A DNA stretch of 48,487 bases from positions 22,060,545-22,109,031 of the forward strand of contig NC_068989.1 of the NCBI RefSeq assembly GCF_001194135.2. The letters run 5' to 3'. Below, piece after piece: positions 46,141 to 48,487 of the stretch. The notes below the pieces were generated by a model, which saw only the letters and a program-made list of their open reading frames with translations, made no database searches and was not told the DNA's origin. The DNA is from Octopus bimaculoides. Its lineage: Eukaryota. Position 1 is the first letter of the stretch. Each line of letters opens with the position of its first letter. The position numbers and the translations under genes were made by a program.

Positions 46141-47893
46141 AAAAAAAGGAGTTTCATAAAAGTCAGACAACAAATGCAAAATGTGTGGAAAAGGAACAAA
46201 AGTATTACACATCTAAGTGAGTGCAGTAAGCTAGGGACAAAGAGTATAAACACAAGCATGACTGTGTAAGTAAAAGAGTGTACTGACATGCAAGCCAAGT
46301 TATCTGATTGAAAGTGACTGGAAAAGGGAATGAACATAAGACAGAAACAGTCAATGTGAATGATTGAGATTTTTTAAATGACTGATCATATCATTGAGGT
46401 AAGGAGACCAAATATGATTAAAAGCACAGAAAAAAAGCAAAGTATAAGATCATAATCTTTGCAATATACGATAGTAGAGTGGATATCAAAAGTAAATGGG
46501 GAAAATTAAGAAATATCAGGATCTACTCAAAGAGACAAAAAAAACTGTGGAAACAAAAAGGTGAAAAATTGTTCATATGGTACTTAGAGCATTGGCCACA
46601 ACACCTAAACTGCTACCTAAGAGGCTGAAGTGTATTGGAAATGAGATATATTATCAACCTGCAGAAAAGTGCATTCTTGTTTGCTGTTAGAATCTCAAGG
46701 TTCTTGAGATTCAATAAGACTTGTCACCAAGCCTCAGGAAAACATACCTGCCATTTACATTAGCAAGTAATAATTTTTGTTTAACAACAATAATAATGGT
46801 TTCAAATTTAGGCACAAGGCCAGCAATTTCAGGAGAGGGGCTATGTCAATTACATCAACCCTAGTGTTCAACTGGAACTTATTTTATCAACCCCAAATGG
46901 ATGAAAGGCAAAGTTGAGCATAAAGATGGATGAAATGCCACTAAACATTTTGCTCAACATGCTACCAATTCTGTCAGCTTGCAACTTTAATAATAATTTC
47001 CTACATAAACACAAGAACAAAAATTCATAGCAGAAGACAGTTCTGAAGACATTGGTACCAGATGTAAAGGGAATTATTTTCAATTGAGCGTCGTAACTAA
47101 GCCCAGTGATTATTATCATTTGACATCCATGTTTGATACTGGAATAGGTTGAACAATTTAACAGGATGCAATGGGTCCGAGGACTACATTGCACTCCAGT
47201 GTCATGGTTTCTACGGCTTGCTTTGTTACTTACAAAGTGTACAAGAGACACAATGGAAATTTAATTATTGTTTGGTACATGGTACATAGATGCATGTTGC
47301 AATTCAAAATATACCAACAACATCATCATCATCATTTAACATCTGCTTTCCATGCTACCATGGGTTGGACGATTTGACTGGGGACTGGCGAAGCGGATGG
47401 CTACACCAGCCCCCAATCTGATCTGGCAGAGTTTCTACAGCTAGATGCCCTTCCTAATGCCAACCACTCCGAGAGTGTAGTGGGTGCTTTTTACGTGACA
47501 CCAGCATGAGGGCCAGTCCAGCAGTAATGGCATGGCCACGCTCAGATGGTGTTTTTCATGTGCCACCTGCACAGGAGTCAGTCAATGTTGTGTTCACATG
47601 CCACCGGCACAAGTGCCAGTAAGGCGAAGCTGGAAACAATCACGCTCAAATGGTGCATTTTACGTGCAAAATAAAGAATTTTCCAAGTGATTACTTGGCC
47701 ATATAGAAATAGTAACCAAAACTGCTCGGAAAAAACCCTGTTATGTTATAAAAAGAACAGAATTTAGTTCTTATACATTTTCCATGACCACCCCATCAGA
47801 ATGGAAATAGCCAGAATACTTTTCATCAAAGATCTACTGGATCATGGGTTCTGAAAAAAAAAAAAAAAAGCCACAACAATGAGGAAGAAATAC

Positions 47894-48065
47894 CTTTGGG
47901 CCTTCTTTATTTTGGAAACTGGAATTAAATCCTGTCTGACTAGTATTTTGCAAAGGTTCTGGAGTTTTCGAATTGCTGGTCGTATGCTGCCCAGATCGAT
48001 TTAGGCTGCCGTTCAGTGTCAAGTCACGTGAGCTTACATCCTTCAAACTGTGTTCTTGTGGTTCC
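47894..48065 (-). CDS. BUB1: BUB1/MadBub exon (low-complexity linker upstream of CD1)
   Basis: CACCAG acceptor (uncertain) and GTATTT donor; 172 nt, phase 2-0. EPQEHSLKDVSSRDLTLNGS...NKEGPK; the frame joins the CD1 exon. No diagnostic motif. Confidence 0.6.
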
Positions 48066-48219
48066 CTGGTGAATGGTCAAGATAATCTTTGGTAACACGA
48101 ATTTCAATAATTTACAATAATAAAACATTTTAGGTCATTACCAGCTTACCATCAGTGCAACCAACATTCTAATCAATACTGACAACATGCACGTCATTAT
48201 TAATCTGCTTGACCAGCAA

Positions 48220-48487
48220 CAACAAACTGGTTAGTAAGCATAGACAATCTGGCTAGGCAGCACAGACAATCTGGCTAGGCAGCACAGACAATCTGGCTAG
48301 GCAGCACAGACAAGCTGGCTAGGCAGCACAGACAAGCTGGCAAGGCAGCACAGACAAGCTGGCTAGGCAGCACAGACAAGCTGGCTAGGCAGCACAGACA
48401 AGCTGGCTAGGCAGCACTGACAAGCTGGCTAGTCCGCATTGACAGGCTGGCTAGTCAGCACCAACAAACTGGCTAATTAGCACCAAC
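48220..48487. repeat. 22-bp minisatellite running to the window end
   Basis: Unit GGCAGCACAGACAA(G/T)CTGGCTA, about 12 units with degenerate flanking units. Confidence 0.92.

Noticed and set aside
47770-47853. Very strong poly-T/CAG acceptor on the minus strand just after the 47894 exon
   Set aside because: All three frames hit stops within about 8 codons, and it lies only about 40 nt from the upstream donor.
48150-48240. ATG/GTAAGC donor suggesting another BUB1 exon
   Set aside because: The phase-2 frame needed to join 48065 has a stop immediately before the donor; no consistent exon could be built.

Overview
AT-rich eukaryotic genomic DNA, most likely an octopus or other coleoid cephalopod (inferred from the SINE families and gene structure, not from a database search). 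There is no prokaryotic content, CRISPR array or operon. Two convergent spliced genes can be assembled by hand with consistent GT-AG boundaries and exon phases. (1) The 3' part of a TRPA1-like channel on + (5 exons, 4293-14647: pore/S6, TRP-like helix, coiled coil). (2) The 3' part of a BUB1/MadBub spindle-checkpoint kinase on - (13 exons, 48065-21413, about 668 codons: CD1, ABBA motifs, KARD, intact kinase domain). The rest is introns and intergenic DNA dense with SINEs, a full-length decayed mariner, two Merlin deletion derivatives, a Penelope-like element with an inverted pseudo-LTR and a degenerate hammerhead, hAT and foldback MITEs, a Helentron/DINE-like element containing a Gypsy integrase fragment, mini- and microsatellites, and two assembly gaps. 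The best leads are an in-frame loss of the selectivity-filter glycine in the TRPA1 pore exon, the combined BUB1 and BUBR1 motif set with a non-canonical CD1, and repeat architectures that could form dsRNA around exons. I found no convincing wholly new biological system. Nearly all of the supplied ORF track is non-coding noise or transposon debris. All protein comparisons are from recalled sequences, and repeat boundaries are approximate unless a TSD or TIR is quoted.
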